From positions 21,576,001-21,640,000 of the forward strand of contig NW_026262701.1 of NCBI RefSeq assembly GCF_021869535.1: a DNA stretch of 64,000 bases, given 5' to 3'. This document shows positions 1 through 12,300 of this stretch, one piece after another. Numbering within the stretch: position 1 is the stretch's first letter; every line of letters starts with the position of its first letter. Source of the DNA: Mytilus californianus (taxonomy: Eukaryota). The position numbers and the translations under genes are program-made. The notes beneath the pieces were generated by a model, which ran no database searches, had not been told where the DNA came from, and saw only the letters and a program-made list of their open reading frames with translations.

Positions 1-2894
1 AATTTCTTTATAATTATGTTGGTTTAAAATTGGTTAATTATTATGAATTTTAGTCATCATTACTGTCTTTTCAATATAAAAACTAACATTTGCACCGACA
101 TCTGCCTTTCATACATCCAAAGAAGTTTGTTTCTCGATAAAAAAAAATTAAAATAATGGAAAATTTCCGCTTAAATATTTTATTTTTATTCTTGTTGTTG
201 GAAATTGGGAAATATCGAGTCACAAACACATTACACACAAAATATAATTCAAAGGTCAAAATGAGTATTGGATTTGATTTAAAAAAAAAATGATAATTTC
301 CATTTGCTTTTAATCCGATAAGAAAAAAAATTTTCATCTTAATGTAGGCAAAAAATAACTTATATGTAAGTAATATATAAATCAAAGTATAAAGAATTGT
401 AGATGATTTGAAATAACAGTCGCGTCTAGTCTAACGATTTAGAAACTGAACACGGAATTATGGCGTGACCAAATAGTTTTTTGCCTCCACCTCCATAGTT
501 GGTTTGCATGTATTTGTCCCCTATAGTGACATGTAAAATGAGACAAATCACTGTCACAGTTCAGAATATTTTAGTCAGATGAAGCGATATAATACTCTTA
601 TGATATAAAAGATGAAAAGTTATAGTCGATTTTTTATGTGTTGTACAAAATCTAAGGTTTTATTCGCCAAATCAAAATTGATGACAACGGTTTTTACTGT
701 TGTATTTCTTAACCCTGTTTGTTTCGATCATCTAACATCTCACTTTTCTTTTATATTTAACAAAATATTTGGTCCAGGAATATTTGATTAAGTCAATTCG
801 AAAACTATCTGGTCTGCTCATTAAAATAAACCTCGTGCGTTAATACCTAACATATGACATATTACGGTCACCATCATATTTCATTGTTTCATAGTAAGTG
901 TGTCACAAATGATAGTTCACATATTTCTCTCAATGTCTAAAGTTGTGTTACGGATGTGACCGTTATCGAATGTAACGTTTTATCGGTTTTTTAAAGAACA
1001 ACAATTATTCCGACCTCAAATTTACCGAAAAAGAACTTTCACTTTTTTTCTTATCAAGGAAATATGTGTAAGATAAATATTCAGAGAGTCATTAGGTATT
1101 CCAAGGGGTAGTAACTGTCCCTTTGCACTGGTCGTTCGGAATATGGCTGAAATATTTCAACTGGACGTTGAAAACCTGAAATATGTTCTAATGAACAAAT
1201 ATATTAACAAGATTGCATTTACATTTTTTGATAATAGCATTGCTGTTGCTGATTAAGAAAACAAAAATCTAAATTGGTTATCATCGAAGATAGTTTTTCA
1301 TTTATGTCCATTATACATCATATGATAAAACAGTGTTATGGAAATATAGAATTACCGATACAAGCTGCTAAAGTTAAAAGAAAGAGCACCAAGACTACAC
1401 AACTAAGCTTCATGTTGGCTAAAACTATGAGCTTTAATTGAATTGTTCTGTTGTTATATTGCATTATGAAACAGATGGTAATTGCACGCAAAAATTAACA
1501 ACAGGATTATAATGTAAAACATGCACAATGCATGAAAGTGCTCGTTTGACTTTTCATCGTAAGACGATGTTTTACAACATAAATATAGAGACGTAGGTTT
1601 ACAACATGATTATATTGTTACTTTTATTTAAAGAAAAAACATCTTAAGTTGTTTCCGTTGTTTGATTGTATTTCTACAAGGTGATCGTTCACAACTCACG
1701 CTAGAATGGTTTCATTTCACAGCCAATAATGCAATGTTAAATATGTTATGAACTTGAATTAAACTACTTCATTAATAGATATGCAATGTTAAAGTATTAA
1801 TCCCAGTTTCAAGCAAGAAGAATTATATTTGCAACTGTATTGCTCTCGTATACTTATAATTACTTTCTCTACTATTACAGTCAATTCCATTTTCTCGTCG
1901 TTATACAAAGGCTTGATACATTTTAGAAAGGAAAACACTTCACCACTAAAAAATTTGATATCAAAACTTTTCATATTTCGAGGAACAGATATGAATAGAA
2001 CTCGGAAGACAAAACATCATATTGGTGGAATACAACATATCACTTTAAATATTTCCGTTTAAAAGAGAGGCACATATAGCTTACATTGTAATCTACAGAG
2101 CTGGTAGAATAATTTTGAATGCTAGTATAAAGTTACTGTCCAGTAGAATCACTGAGACAAGTGTGTACACCAGGATATATCCAACCCGAATGTTATAAAA
2201 AAAAAACACCAATATTTTATCGGTATTCAAAGGCATACTGGTAAGTTACCGAGCTGAAAGAATCTTGAGGGATTATTTTGTCCACTGGTAGAGATTTTAA
2301 ACCAGTAGTGAAAATATTCTTCTGACACACGAAGAGTTAACAGTGGTACGTAAAGCATTATTTATCTCTCTGACTTTTAATCCTTTTATAACCAACGGAA
2401 ATTTTGTCCCTTGTAAGTTATTTTTGGCGTAAAATTTATGGGAATCAGTTATTATAAAGTATGAATCTATAAAACTATTGATATGTATTTCAACTCAATT
2501 TAATGTCACTTTAAATAAATCAACATCATATACTGAAACGGAGCTTATTTTAAATTTTAAATTTCATAAGTCTGTTCTAACTTCGGTATGTTGTATTTAC
2601 ACAACACGTCTGTGATTGCCTAAAATGTCAGGATGCAGTAACTGTAACTGTAACTGTATCCTAATTCAGTACTAATGCAACATCACATTTTGTGTATAAT
2701 TATGTATATGTTGCAGTCTGCATATGATAAAGCAAGATATGAGTTAAATGTACATGAAACTACAAACCAAAAACACAAAAAGATATTTCTCTTGATATAT
2801 ATTTGAATTTAGAAACTCTCACTTTTGAAAGAAGAAGATATTAATTTGTTTTGCCACTTAAACTTTTTTTCATGAACATCTTTCTAACACCGCT

Positions 2895-3247
2895 ACCGCC
2901 TCGGTGGTCTCGTGGTAGCGTATTCGCCTCGAGTGCGGAGGTCATTTGTTTGAACCCCAGCCAGGTCAAACGAAAGTCTTTAAAAATTGGACTGCTTCTC
3001 CGCTAAGCACGCGGTATTAAGAAGTAAGAGCAAAGACTGGTTGGCTCGGAGTCGGAATAATGTGTCCGGCTAAGGTGATTTGTCTTCCTGCGGACTGCTA
3101 CTTTGTGAACTAGCACGTTAAACATTCGACTCAGCATATCGGTCTAGTACAAAGCAGGGTTAATATTCATATTAAATTAACATGTTCTCGTCCTGAATAT
3201 GCATATTAATTTGCCGCTGGACGTTTAGCAGCCATCCATCATCATCT
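2895..3247 (+). mobile_element. tRNA-derived SINE (bivalve type)
   Basis: tRNA-like head with A-box-like TGGTCTCGTGG and degenerate B-box TTTGAACC, a GC-richer central domain (GCTTCTCCGCTAAGCACGC...GACTGGTTGGCTCGG) and an (ATC)n-like tail; exact family not verifiable without a database. Confidence 0.8.
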
Positions 3248-3462
3248 TCATCTTACACCGCTTTCTATCTGTTTTCAACGAAATTCTTCTGTCCACATTT
3301 AAAAACTTCATATTTCTTGACGAAACAAAAATGACAAAATGACGTTCCGTAGCATTAAGTAGAATCGAGAGATTGCCAGGACATCTGGCCCCATATGAAG
3401 AGATAGCATGCACTTTATTCTCATGGATTCATTAATAATCATGACCCTGATATCGAGATGAC

Positions 3463-4230
3463 ATGCTGGCCATTACTTCCCTTAATTCAAAAACTTACAT
3501 TCTCCCAAGACAAACCCCGTATACAATTTTAATTTTTAAAATTCTATTCTATATTGATGATAATCTGTCACTCAATAACCATCACTTCAATAAGTGCTTA
3601 CATCTTATATATCGCACAGAACTTGCGTTTAAGGATACTATCAAACCAAAAGTAGAAGGTCTGCTTCATATCTTGGTCGTTTCTTCGATTGACACAGATG
3701 GACGACTTCAAACTAAAATCTATGACAAACGTGACGTGATGATTTTAACACACAAATTGTCAACTTCCACTTTCTTAGCAGTTAAATACCATTTGCTGAA
3801 TCGTATGGCGTTTACATATCCCAGTTAATAATTTACGCTTGTGCATGTGCATACGGACTTCTTTAACAACGGTGTACTTCTTACACAACAGCTGCTCAAA
3901 CAGAGTTATGAGGAAAAACGACTGATATTGACGCTACACAGGTTTTGGACCGTGTTGGTGTCTCAACTCAATAACGACATGCTTTCGCAGTCTTAGTTCT
4001 TCAGATACATGTAAAGGAGTCTGATCTGTAAAGGAGTCTGATCTGTAAAGGAGTGAGATCTGTAGTTTTACCGATTGTGTCCTACTCCCGATTGTGACAT
4101 TTTGAATAAGACTAAATATACATAGCGGCTGAAGCATGTATAGTAGGAGACGATTACCTTGTCGACGCACCCTTTTGGAGTTCATGTGATTTTGTCAGTT
4201 TTTGTTTTATTCCTTGATTTGCCTCATATT
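3463..4230 (+). mobile_element. Decayed Penelope-like retroelement RT fragment
   Basis: Translation contains YIDD-LSLNN...IY..EL..KDT...IDTDGRLQTKIYDKRD, then frameshifted FHFL/YGVY.SQL remnants; same family as the better-preserved copy at 25740-26336. Confidence 0.75.
4010..4064. repeat. 17-bp tandem repeat x3 (TGTAAAGGAGTCTGATC)
   Basis: Read directly; third unit has a GAGATC variant. Confidence 0.9.
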
Positions 4231-4833
4231 AATCGATTAACGAGATTTGAAAATCGGTTATCTACTATCGCCTTAATTTATATTACAATATTGATAAGAA
4301 TCAAAAGATATAAAGTTGAAACAATATGTAAGTGTATAAAAATTGTCTACCAAAAAAACAAATTATTACTATTATATTGATTGCATTTCAGATTTGTTGA
4401 TATGAATGATAAATAAATAAATAAAGCTTAATTTATGGTTCCACTTACTTAATTTTTGTTTGTAGTTATTATTCATCGTTATCGTTGTTATTGGTTAGTT
4501 TGCAGACAGCATTGGACAATATACAAACATTTAAAGCCTTTCTAGAAATTTGAAAAAAAAGTTACCATGAATATGTTAAATTAATTGGATATTGATAATA
4601 AAAAAACAAAAAATATATAATTCTGAAAATTTGATTCACTATCTTAAAAGAAGGAAATGGGCCTGGCTTCATTTCGTTAAATAACGCATATGATCAAGTA
4701 ACTGGGTCAAACTATTGCGCAATTCAGTTTAGATAGGCTCCAATGTCAATAGCCTATTTTCCATTCCAACGTCCATATTATAGACTTGGATATGTACGAT
4801 GGCTAGTTTCGATGCACATAAACAAATGCTAAG

Positions 4834-5115
4834 ATGTTGTATGATTGCCAACGAGACAACTATCCACCAGACTTAACGTAGAAGTAAGTAATTATAGGCC
4901 ACCATACAGCCTTAAACTATAAGAAACACCTTTACCGTATGGTCAGCTTATTTACAATAAAACAAATTACGAAAATCAAATATGACGGACATGCACTTAC
5001 AACAACCACTGTACTACAGTCTCCTGACTTGAAACGGCCACATAAAGAATATGGCGGGGTTTAACATGTTTGTGAACGCCCAACCCTCCACAACATAAGA
5101 AAAATCTGTAAAATC
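4834..5115. mobile_element. High-copy Mytilus interspersed repeat, 'ATGATTGCCAA(T/C)GAGACAAC' family (non-autonomous, class uncertain)
   Basis: Same head and CCTGACTTG...GGCGGGGTT(T/A)AAC core recur at 5930, 33317, 34020(-), 36955, 38150 and 45685. Confidence 0.75.
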
Positions 5116-5420
5116 CAGTTGTAATTGGCTTAACTAAAAAACTGGTAAAACAATTTCGGGATACGAAGTTTCTTTAAATTTTTCTCAAATTTGGAAATAC
5201 CTAAAGACGTCCTCATTTGATGCAGCTTCAGCAAGTAAACAGTTCCTATTTTCACGTTTAAATTTCTAGACATTTAGTTTTTTACAAACAATCAATAACT
5301 CTAAGGTTTTACATCTTTCTTGTACTGTCATTTATAAAAAGAGAGCCGAAAGATACCAAAGGGTTATTCAAACTCATAATTCGAAAATAAAAAATGAAAA
5401 CAACACGTTATAAATTTCAT

Positions 5421-5462
5421 GCGTCCAAAGCGTTGTTCTGGAGTTACCTTCATCAGGAACGC
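5421..5462 (-). ncRNA. Degenerate minimal type-I hammerhead ribozyme in a Penelope-like terminal repeat fragment (5335-5580)
   Basis: Minus strand GCGTTC-CTGATGA-AGGTAACTCCA-GAAC-AACGCT-TT-GGACGC; homolog of 7882-7923 but GAAA is GAAC and the stem III palindrome is broken. Confidence 0.65.
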
Positions 5463-5924
5463 TCAAAACGGAATATTTGAAATCCAGGGATGAATAAAAC
5501 CGAAACAGTTGAGGAGGAGCTATATAACTAAAAAGGAACTAAAAATAGCCAAATCCATCTAAGGCCTACTTCACCTGACAAATTACCAAAACTAGAAGGT
5601 CGGTCTCATATCGTAATCTTTTCTTGATATTGACACAATTGGACGACTACAAATATGATGATTTCATCTTTTCAAAATATATACACTGTTTTAGAAAAAA
5701 CAATCATAAACGGTCATTTAATAAAATCATATTGCTATTCTATAGTCTAATGGAAATTAAACGTCAGTGTCGCGAAACTTCGCAACGAACTGGTCATAAA
5801 AGATACCGATTCAGACGTCTATGTTGTATGCCTACGGGATCATTTGGATGTAGTTGTCCTGTAGTTTGCATATTTCAAGCACCATCTATTTGGTACTGCC
5901 TTTAAAACAACGATTCTTTTTTTA

Positions 5925-6440
5925 TAAAAATATGAAGATGTGGTATGATTGCCAACGAGACAACTCTCAGCAAGAGACCAAAAGACACAGAATATTAACA
6001 ATAATAGGTCACCGTACGGCCTTCAACAATGAGTAAAACCAATACCGCATAGTCAGCTATAAAAGACCCCCAAATGAAAAATGTAAAACAATTCAAACGA
6101 GCAAAGTAGCGGCCTATTTATGTACTAAATAATGAACGAAAAACAAATATGATATACAGCAACAATCGACAACCACTGAATTACAGGCTCCTGACTTGGG
6201 ACAGACACATACATACTGTGGCGGGGTTAAACTAGTTTGAAAGCGCGCCAACCCTCCCCTAACCTAGGACAGTGGTGTAACAGTACAACATAAGACCAAA
6301 CTTCATGTATGAAAATCAGTTGAAAAGGGCTTAACTCATCAGATCAATCGTAAGCAGAAATACATTTAACAAAAACACAGAGTATACGTGGCATGGAACT
6401 TATACATCCCGACAACAGAAAGACACTAAGTGCAGATCTG
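5925..6440. mobile_element. ATGATTGCC-family interspersed repeat
   Basis: AAGATGTGGTATGATTGCCAACGAGACAAC head, CCGTACGGCCTTCAACAATGAG segment, CCTGACTTGGGACAG core. Confidence 0.8.
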
Positions 6441-7881
6441 ATCTATCATGATGTAATGAAAAAAAGTTCAACTGACTGAACTTCTGATGGACTCTGGCAA
6501 CAGTTACAATACACTGGACTTTACGCAACCAACAATAAATCAATCAGTTACAATACATTGAAACTATCATTTATTTTCTTATGATCAAAGGTATTGGTGA
6601 AATGTAAACACTTCTAAAGCATGGAAAAACTGAAACTTGTATGTTTTCAAGTTTGCTTCTCCCTCAATATTTTGGAAACCTTTATCATGGCAAATAAAAA
6701 TGTATGATACACGAAACATCTTTCCCGTTTCTATGCCAATTCTTCTCCCAAGATGCTGATGTTTCGTTGACTTCTTCTAAAAACGTGCTTGTTTTGCTTT
6801 GACGAATTTGCAGTGATTTCCCATATTGCAATGAACATGACATGAAAATTAATTAATCAACTTTCGAAACAGAGATGAAGCAAATATATACTTGTCAAAA
6901 CATTAGCTCAAAAAATTATTCTGTTTGCACGGCGTGAATATTGAAAATAACACTTTATAACTTTATGTTTTATACATATTTATGTGATTTATATTGATTC
7001 GCAGGTTGGCTATCAATTTATGAAAGTGTGCCATTCTCTTAATAGAGCATCCTGGTGTTCTTATTCTGTGATCAATGCTTTTCAACGTTTCAAATCTTTT
7101 CGTATTTCCTTATTTTGTTTCTAGCTCCATCAGTGGAAACATATTTTAAAATTAAAATTTTATGCACCTAATTAATTGTGTACTTGGAGTTTGTATTTTA
7201 ATTTTTGTTGTTTGTATCTTACTAGAAATAGATTTTTGATTATTTCGGTGTTCATGACTTTTTTTTTATAAATTGCACTTTTTAAGAAGATTTAATATAT
7301 TTTTCTCGAAACAAATATAAACTTCAAACAATTTTCACAATTATGGTTTGACAAGGAAAGTATGATATTGGTTTTTTACCATTTTTGTTGATCAGATCAA
7401 AACAACGGATCTTCTTTTGGTTGAAACGACCTTTGCGCACAAGAGCATTTCATTCAACGAAAAAACCCAATACCGTATAGTCAGCTATAAAAGACCCCAC
7501 CATCAGAAATTTTGATTTAAGAATAGCCCATTTTTCCGTTACCGAAATTGAGACTTTTATTAGAATACTGTGGTCAAAAGGAAAACAACTACTACAACTA
7601 CTACTACATGAGACAAACTGGTTTGTTGCGTTTAGCCACAGGAGCGTGTCTCCTATTTTATCTAACCCCTACATCTTTTTATAACGTCTAGGTTAAAAAA
7701 ATCTGAGACAAGTGCGTATGCATTAAACCTATACACAGGACGTATTAGTTTTGTTTTGTTTTTTATTTATTTTTGTTTTTTTTTAATTTTAACGTACAAG
7801 TATTTTAAATCTTTCGAATAAAAGATTGAAATTCAAAACTAGGTAGATGCAAAATTTCGGATTTCAAATGTTTGGCTTTGA

Positions 7882-7923
7882 GCGTTCCTGATGAAGGTAA
7901 ATCCAGAAAAGCGCTTCGGACGC
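7882..7923 (+). ncRNA. Minimal type-I hammerhead ribozyme (Penelope-associated type)
   Basis: GCGTTC / CTGATGA / AGGTAAATCCA / GAAA / AGCGCT / TC / GGACGC: 6-bp stem I (one GU), intact core, palindromic stem III AAGCGCTT, UUC triplet, predicted cut after 7917. Confidence 0.8.
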
Positions 7924-8554
7924 ATGAAATTATTAAACGTGTTGTTTTCAATTTTTTTCAAACACCGAAAGTTTCTGTAGAAGAAAGAAGCTTTATTTTC
8001 CTGTAATCTATAAAGCAAAACGAACCAGTGGGGAAATAAAAGCATCATAAGGAGGGACCAACGGCATAACATCGTTTTCAAATTGGAAATAAACAATAGG
8101 GAAAGAAAAACCGTCTCTTTTTAGTAACTTGCATAACTGTGAAACTGAAATATCGAAACTACGAAAAGAACAAATATTGTTCTTCATTTATATCTTTTGT
8201 TTTTAAATTGTGTTTCCTGGAGACAAATGTCAGCTGTAAAATTTAAGCATTTTAGGTTACTTAAACCATACACATCATTAAGTGACCCTGTTATATTTTA
8301 TTACCTATCAAAAAGATCAAGACGGATCTTTAAAGGGCTTGGCAAAAAAAAGGTGATTTATAACAATACCGTAACAAAAATGTTATCAAAGTGACGCAAT
8401 CCGTACCCATTGGAATATCACTTAAAATGTTTAACTTGATTACCGAAACGTACGTACACAATACAGTTGTTATTAAAACAAAAATGTATCATCTCATCAT
8501 TCACAGAGGTCTCTAGCTTATTAATTCTTATTTTCCTCGATAAAATTTCAGGAA

Positions 8555-8880
8555 AATACAGTAATCGCATTGTCAGTCCGTCATTCCATCCGTCTGTCCG
8601 TTATGTGACCGAAACAAATGGTTTTCGGAAGACACCCTTGCTAAATTTGAATGAAACTTACCGAGATGAAAAATACATGGAATAGAAAGAAGCCTATTGA
8701 TATTTGGGCAATAAGTCAAAGATCTAGGTCACTGTTACTAAAACACGGATGTTTTGGTGGAAAAAGGGTATCCAGATTAAAACTCTGAGGTCAATATGTC
8801 AATGGTTAAGGTAACTTTTGCTCTCAAACGACCTTCCTTGATTTTTAAATAAGACGGACTAACCTAAAATTAGACGTTCG
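8555..8880. mobile_element. HINE/Helentron-like non-autonomous element with (GTCC/GTCT)n tract
   Basis: CCGTCATTCCATCCGTCTGTCCG tract followed by AGGTCACTGTTACTAAA units; homologs near 29050-29350 and 52010-52350. Confidence 0.55.
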
Positions 8881-9099
8881 CAATTTATAGTGTCAAATCC
8901 TGACATGTTTTTAGCCACGGAAGACATTTTTCCAGCGGACCATGAGGTAATGCACTGTTTCTGGTAACCTGGTTTTGTCAAGACGTCGCAGAGATCTTTC
9001 CAATGTCTTTGCGATCGTATTTTTTTGCGGTCTCAGAGACGTCATATCGTGGTTGCTACGTCTATACAACTGGTGTTTTTGCAAAGGGGGAATAAACAG

Positions 9100-9230
9100 T
9101 TTAGGACAAAAAGCTAATTTATTCTAGCAAAAAGCAATAATGGACGTTACGCAACGTCGTACAAAACGCAACGTCAACAAAACACAACGTCAGACAAAAA
9201 AGCAAATATTCGACAAAAAGCGGTGTAATA
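9100..9230. repeat. Degenerate CAACGTCAGACAAAA / CAAAAAGC minisatellite
   Basis: Read directly; homologs at about 29570-29670 and 52580-52700. Confidence 0.7.
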
Positions 9231-9385
9231 AAAGCATTGATCATACATTTGATGAAAATAGTGGTAGTATGTCTAATTGAATCAAAAACTAAAAATGAAA
9301 AATAAAATATATTTTTTTGTAAACGTTTTATATAGTATATACTATCTGTATTTCTGTTTCAAGAGTTGTTCTATCAATGTACATA

Positions 9386-12300
9386 CAGTACTTGCAACCT
9401 TAGGCGTTACTGTTTGACGTGAACTTGACTGATCGGTGAATGATCGGTGACGGGTGTTTGACTGATCGATGACTGATCGGTGATCGATGACCTATAGAAT
9501 CCGTCAGATACGTCAAATAGGCTATATGAGAGTTACCGTGACAACGGTGAGCGATCGATCAGTAAATTAATTGTATGCACGGATCGGACGGATACGTATA
9601 TAATTAAAATTCTTATGTAAAACGAACTCCACAGTATTTACAGTCGATTAACGCGGACCTCTACGAAGACACCTTTACTCGTTAATAATGTACCACTAAA
9701 AAGCGATAACATTTTATCATTTAAAATAAGTACTCTATTTGTTGTCGTTTGATGATGAAAATAAAAATAGTATAACAGTAAAGATACATACAGCTTTGTT
9801 TGGATTCATTAATTTAGAGTGTTGTTTTAATTTTTGTTCCAGATTACCAATATTTCTTCTTCTTATAACATATAATGCAATGTTATTTCTGATTAGTTAT
9901 TTAAAAGGCCTCAAGAAAAGTTTCTTTGATAGAATTTTAAAAAATACGTATTAAATACTTAAACTTTAATTTCTGTTGATTAAAGATGTAATCATTTCAT
10001 TATTTTGTACTTTTTGTACATCAGGATTGGTCGTTTTTTACAAAAATTTGCTGAATTTCAGGAAAAAGATACTAAATTTTTGTTCGAGTTGCTTAAAAAT
10101 GCAAATATTTTTTTTTTTATATCAGAAATAATGCACGTCTATTGCAATCCGTCATAATGCATTCAGATAATTACTTTTGTACAAGATATGAATAATTTAA
10201 GGATAAATATACATACACTTTTGTTTTTATTAAATAAAAATTCAATAATTTCTCTTTTTTAATGGAAATTATTGGAACGCCTATTGTTTTTTGTACTTTT
10301 TATTGTTCAGGATTGGTTTTTTTTTATAAAATCAAAGTAATATCTGAGAAATATACTAAAATGTTGGTCGCATTGTTTAAAATTACAAATTTTTCTTCTT
10401 TTGATAAAAAATAATGAAATGTTATTTGTAACTAGTTATTTCAAAGTTCTCCAATAAGATTTTTTTGGTAAGAATTTTGATAATGTAAGGAGAATTTTAC
10501 TTAAACTTTTGTTTTGTGTTGAATACAAATTAAATAATTTCTTTATTTTGATAGAAATAATGAACCGTCATTTGATTTCGGTACATTTTGTACATCAGGA
10601 TTGGTTGTTCTTCATAAAATATGCTGAATTTCTGGGAAAAGATGCTAAATTTTTGATTACGTTGCTTAAATATGCAAATATTTCTTCTTTTATATCAGAA
10701 ATAATGCAACTTCAAATGCAATCAGTCATAATTAATGCATTCAGATTATTACTTTGGTATAAGATGATATGAATAGATTGTGGATAAATATACATACGCT
10801 TTTGTTTTTATTAAATTAGAATTCAATCATATCTCTTTTTTAATGGAAATTATTAGAACGCCTATGGTTTTTTGTACTTTTTATGGTTCAGGATTGGTTG
10901 TTTTTTTAAAAAATCAAAATAATATCTGAGATAATATACTAAATTGTTGTTTGCATTGTTTAAAATTACCTTTTTTCTTCTTTTGATAAAAAATAATGCA
11001 ATGTTATTTGTAACTAGTTATTTCAAAGTTCTCCAATAAGATTTTTTTGTTAGAATTTTGATAATGTAAGGAGAATAATACTTAAACTTTTGTTTTGTAT
11101 TGAATACAAATGAAATATTTTCTTTATTTTGATAGGAATTATGAACCGTCATTGGATTTTGGTTCTTTTTGTACATCAGGATTGGTTGTTTTTCATAAAA
11201 TATGCTGAACTTCTGGGACAAGATACTAAATTTTTGTTCGCATTGCTTAAATATGCAAATATTTCTTCTTTTATAACAGAAATAATGCAACTTCACTTGC
11301 AATCAGTCAGAGTTAATGCATTCAGATTATTACTTTGGTATAAGATATGAATTATTTAAGGATAAATATACATACGCTTTTAATTTATTAAATAAGAATT
11401 CAATAATTTCTCTTTTTTAAAGGAAATTATTGAACACCTTTGGCTTTTTGTACTTTTTATGGTCCAGGATTTGTTGTATTTCATACAATATGTTGAATAA
11501 AGGGAAAAGATTATAAATGTAATGTTCGCATTGCTTAAAAATACAAATATTTCTTCTTTTATATCAGAAATAATGCAACGTCAATTGCTATCAGTCATTA
11601 TAAATGCCTTTATATAAGTATTTTTAAATAAAATGTGAATAAATGAAGGATAAATATGCATAAACTTTTGTATTTGTTGAACAAGAATGCAACAATTTCT
11701 TTTTTTGAACGGAAATTATTGACTGCCATTAGATGTTTGTACTTTACATAGCTCAGGATTGATTATTTTTTCATAAAAGTAAAAGAAGATCATAAAAAAT
11801 ATCCTTTAATGTTGTTCGCATTGTTTAAAATTACCAATTTCTCTTGTTTTGTTAAAAAATAATGCAATCTTATTTGTAACTAGTTATTTCAAAGGCTTCA
11901 AGATTATTTTTTATCAGAATTTTAATACTGTAAGTAGAATAAGGCTTAAACTTTTGTTGGTGTTGAAAATGAATGCAATAATATCTTCATTTTGATAGAA
12001 ATAATGAATCACCATTGATTTCAGTACTTTTAGTACATCAGGATTGGTTGCATTTCATAAAATATGTTGAATTTAAGGAGTCAGATACTAAATTTAATAT
12101 TCGCATTGCATAAAAATACAAATATTTCTTCTTTTATATCAGAAATAGTGCAATGCAATTGCTATCAGTCATTATAAATGCCTTTAGATAAGTAATTTTT
12201 AATAAAATGTGAATAAAGAAGGATAAATATGCATAAACTTTTGTTTTTGTTGAAATAGAATGCAATAATTCCTTTATTTGAATGGAAATTATTGACCGTC

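Noticed and set aside
83-2880. Short ORFs and GC-richer patches in the first 3 kb
   Set aside because: No recognisable motifs, splice-consistent exons, TIRs or TSDs; compositionally biased ORFs are expected in AT-rich DNA
3970-4010. Hammerhead-like CTGAAGA...GAAA...GTC on the minus strand
   Set aside because: Stem I, stem II and the 15.2-16.2 pair do not form; at best a heavily decayed relic
6310-6345. CTGATGA on the minus strand within the ATGATTGCC repeat
   Set aside because: No GAAA after the putative stem II; similar lone CTGA(T/C)GA words at about 24723, 25458, 32650, 37256 and 48826 also lack the rest of the core
9420-9490. Short GATC-rich repeats as a CRISPR-like array
   Set aside because: Eukaryotic transposon subterminal motifs; no unique spacers or cas genes
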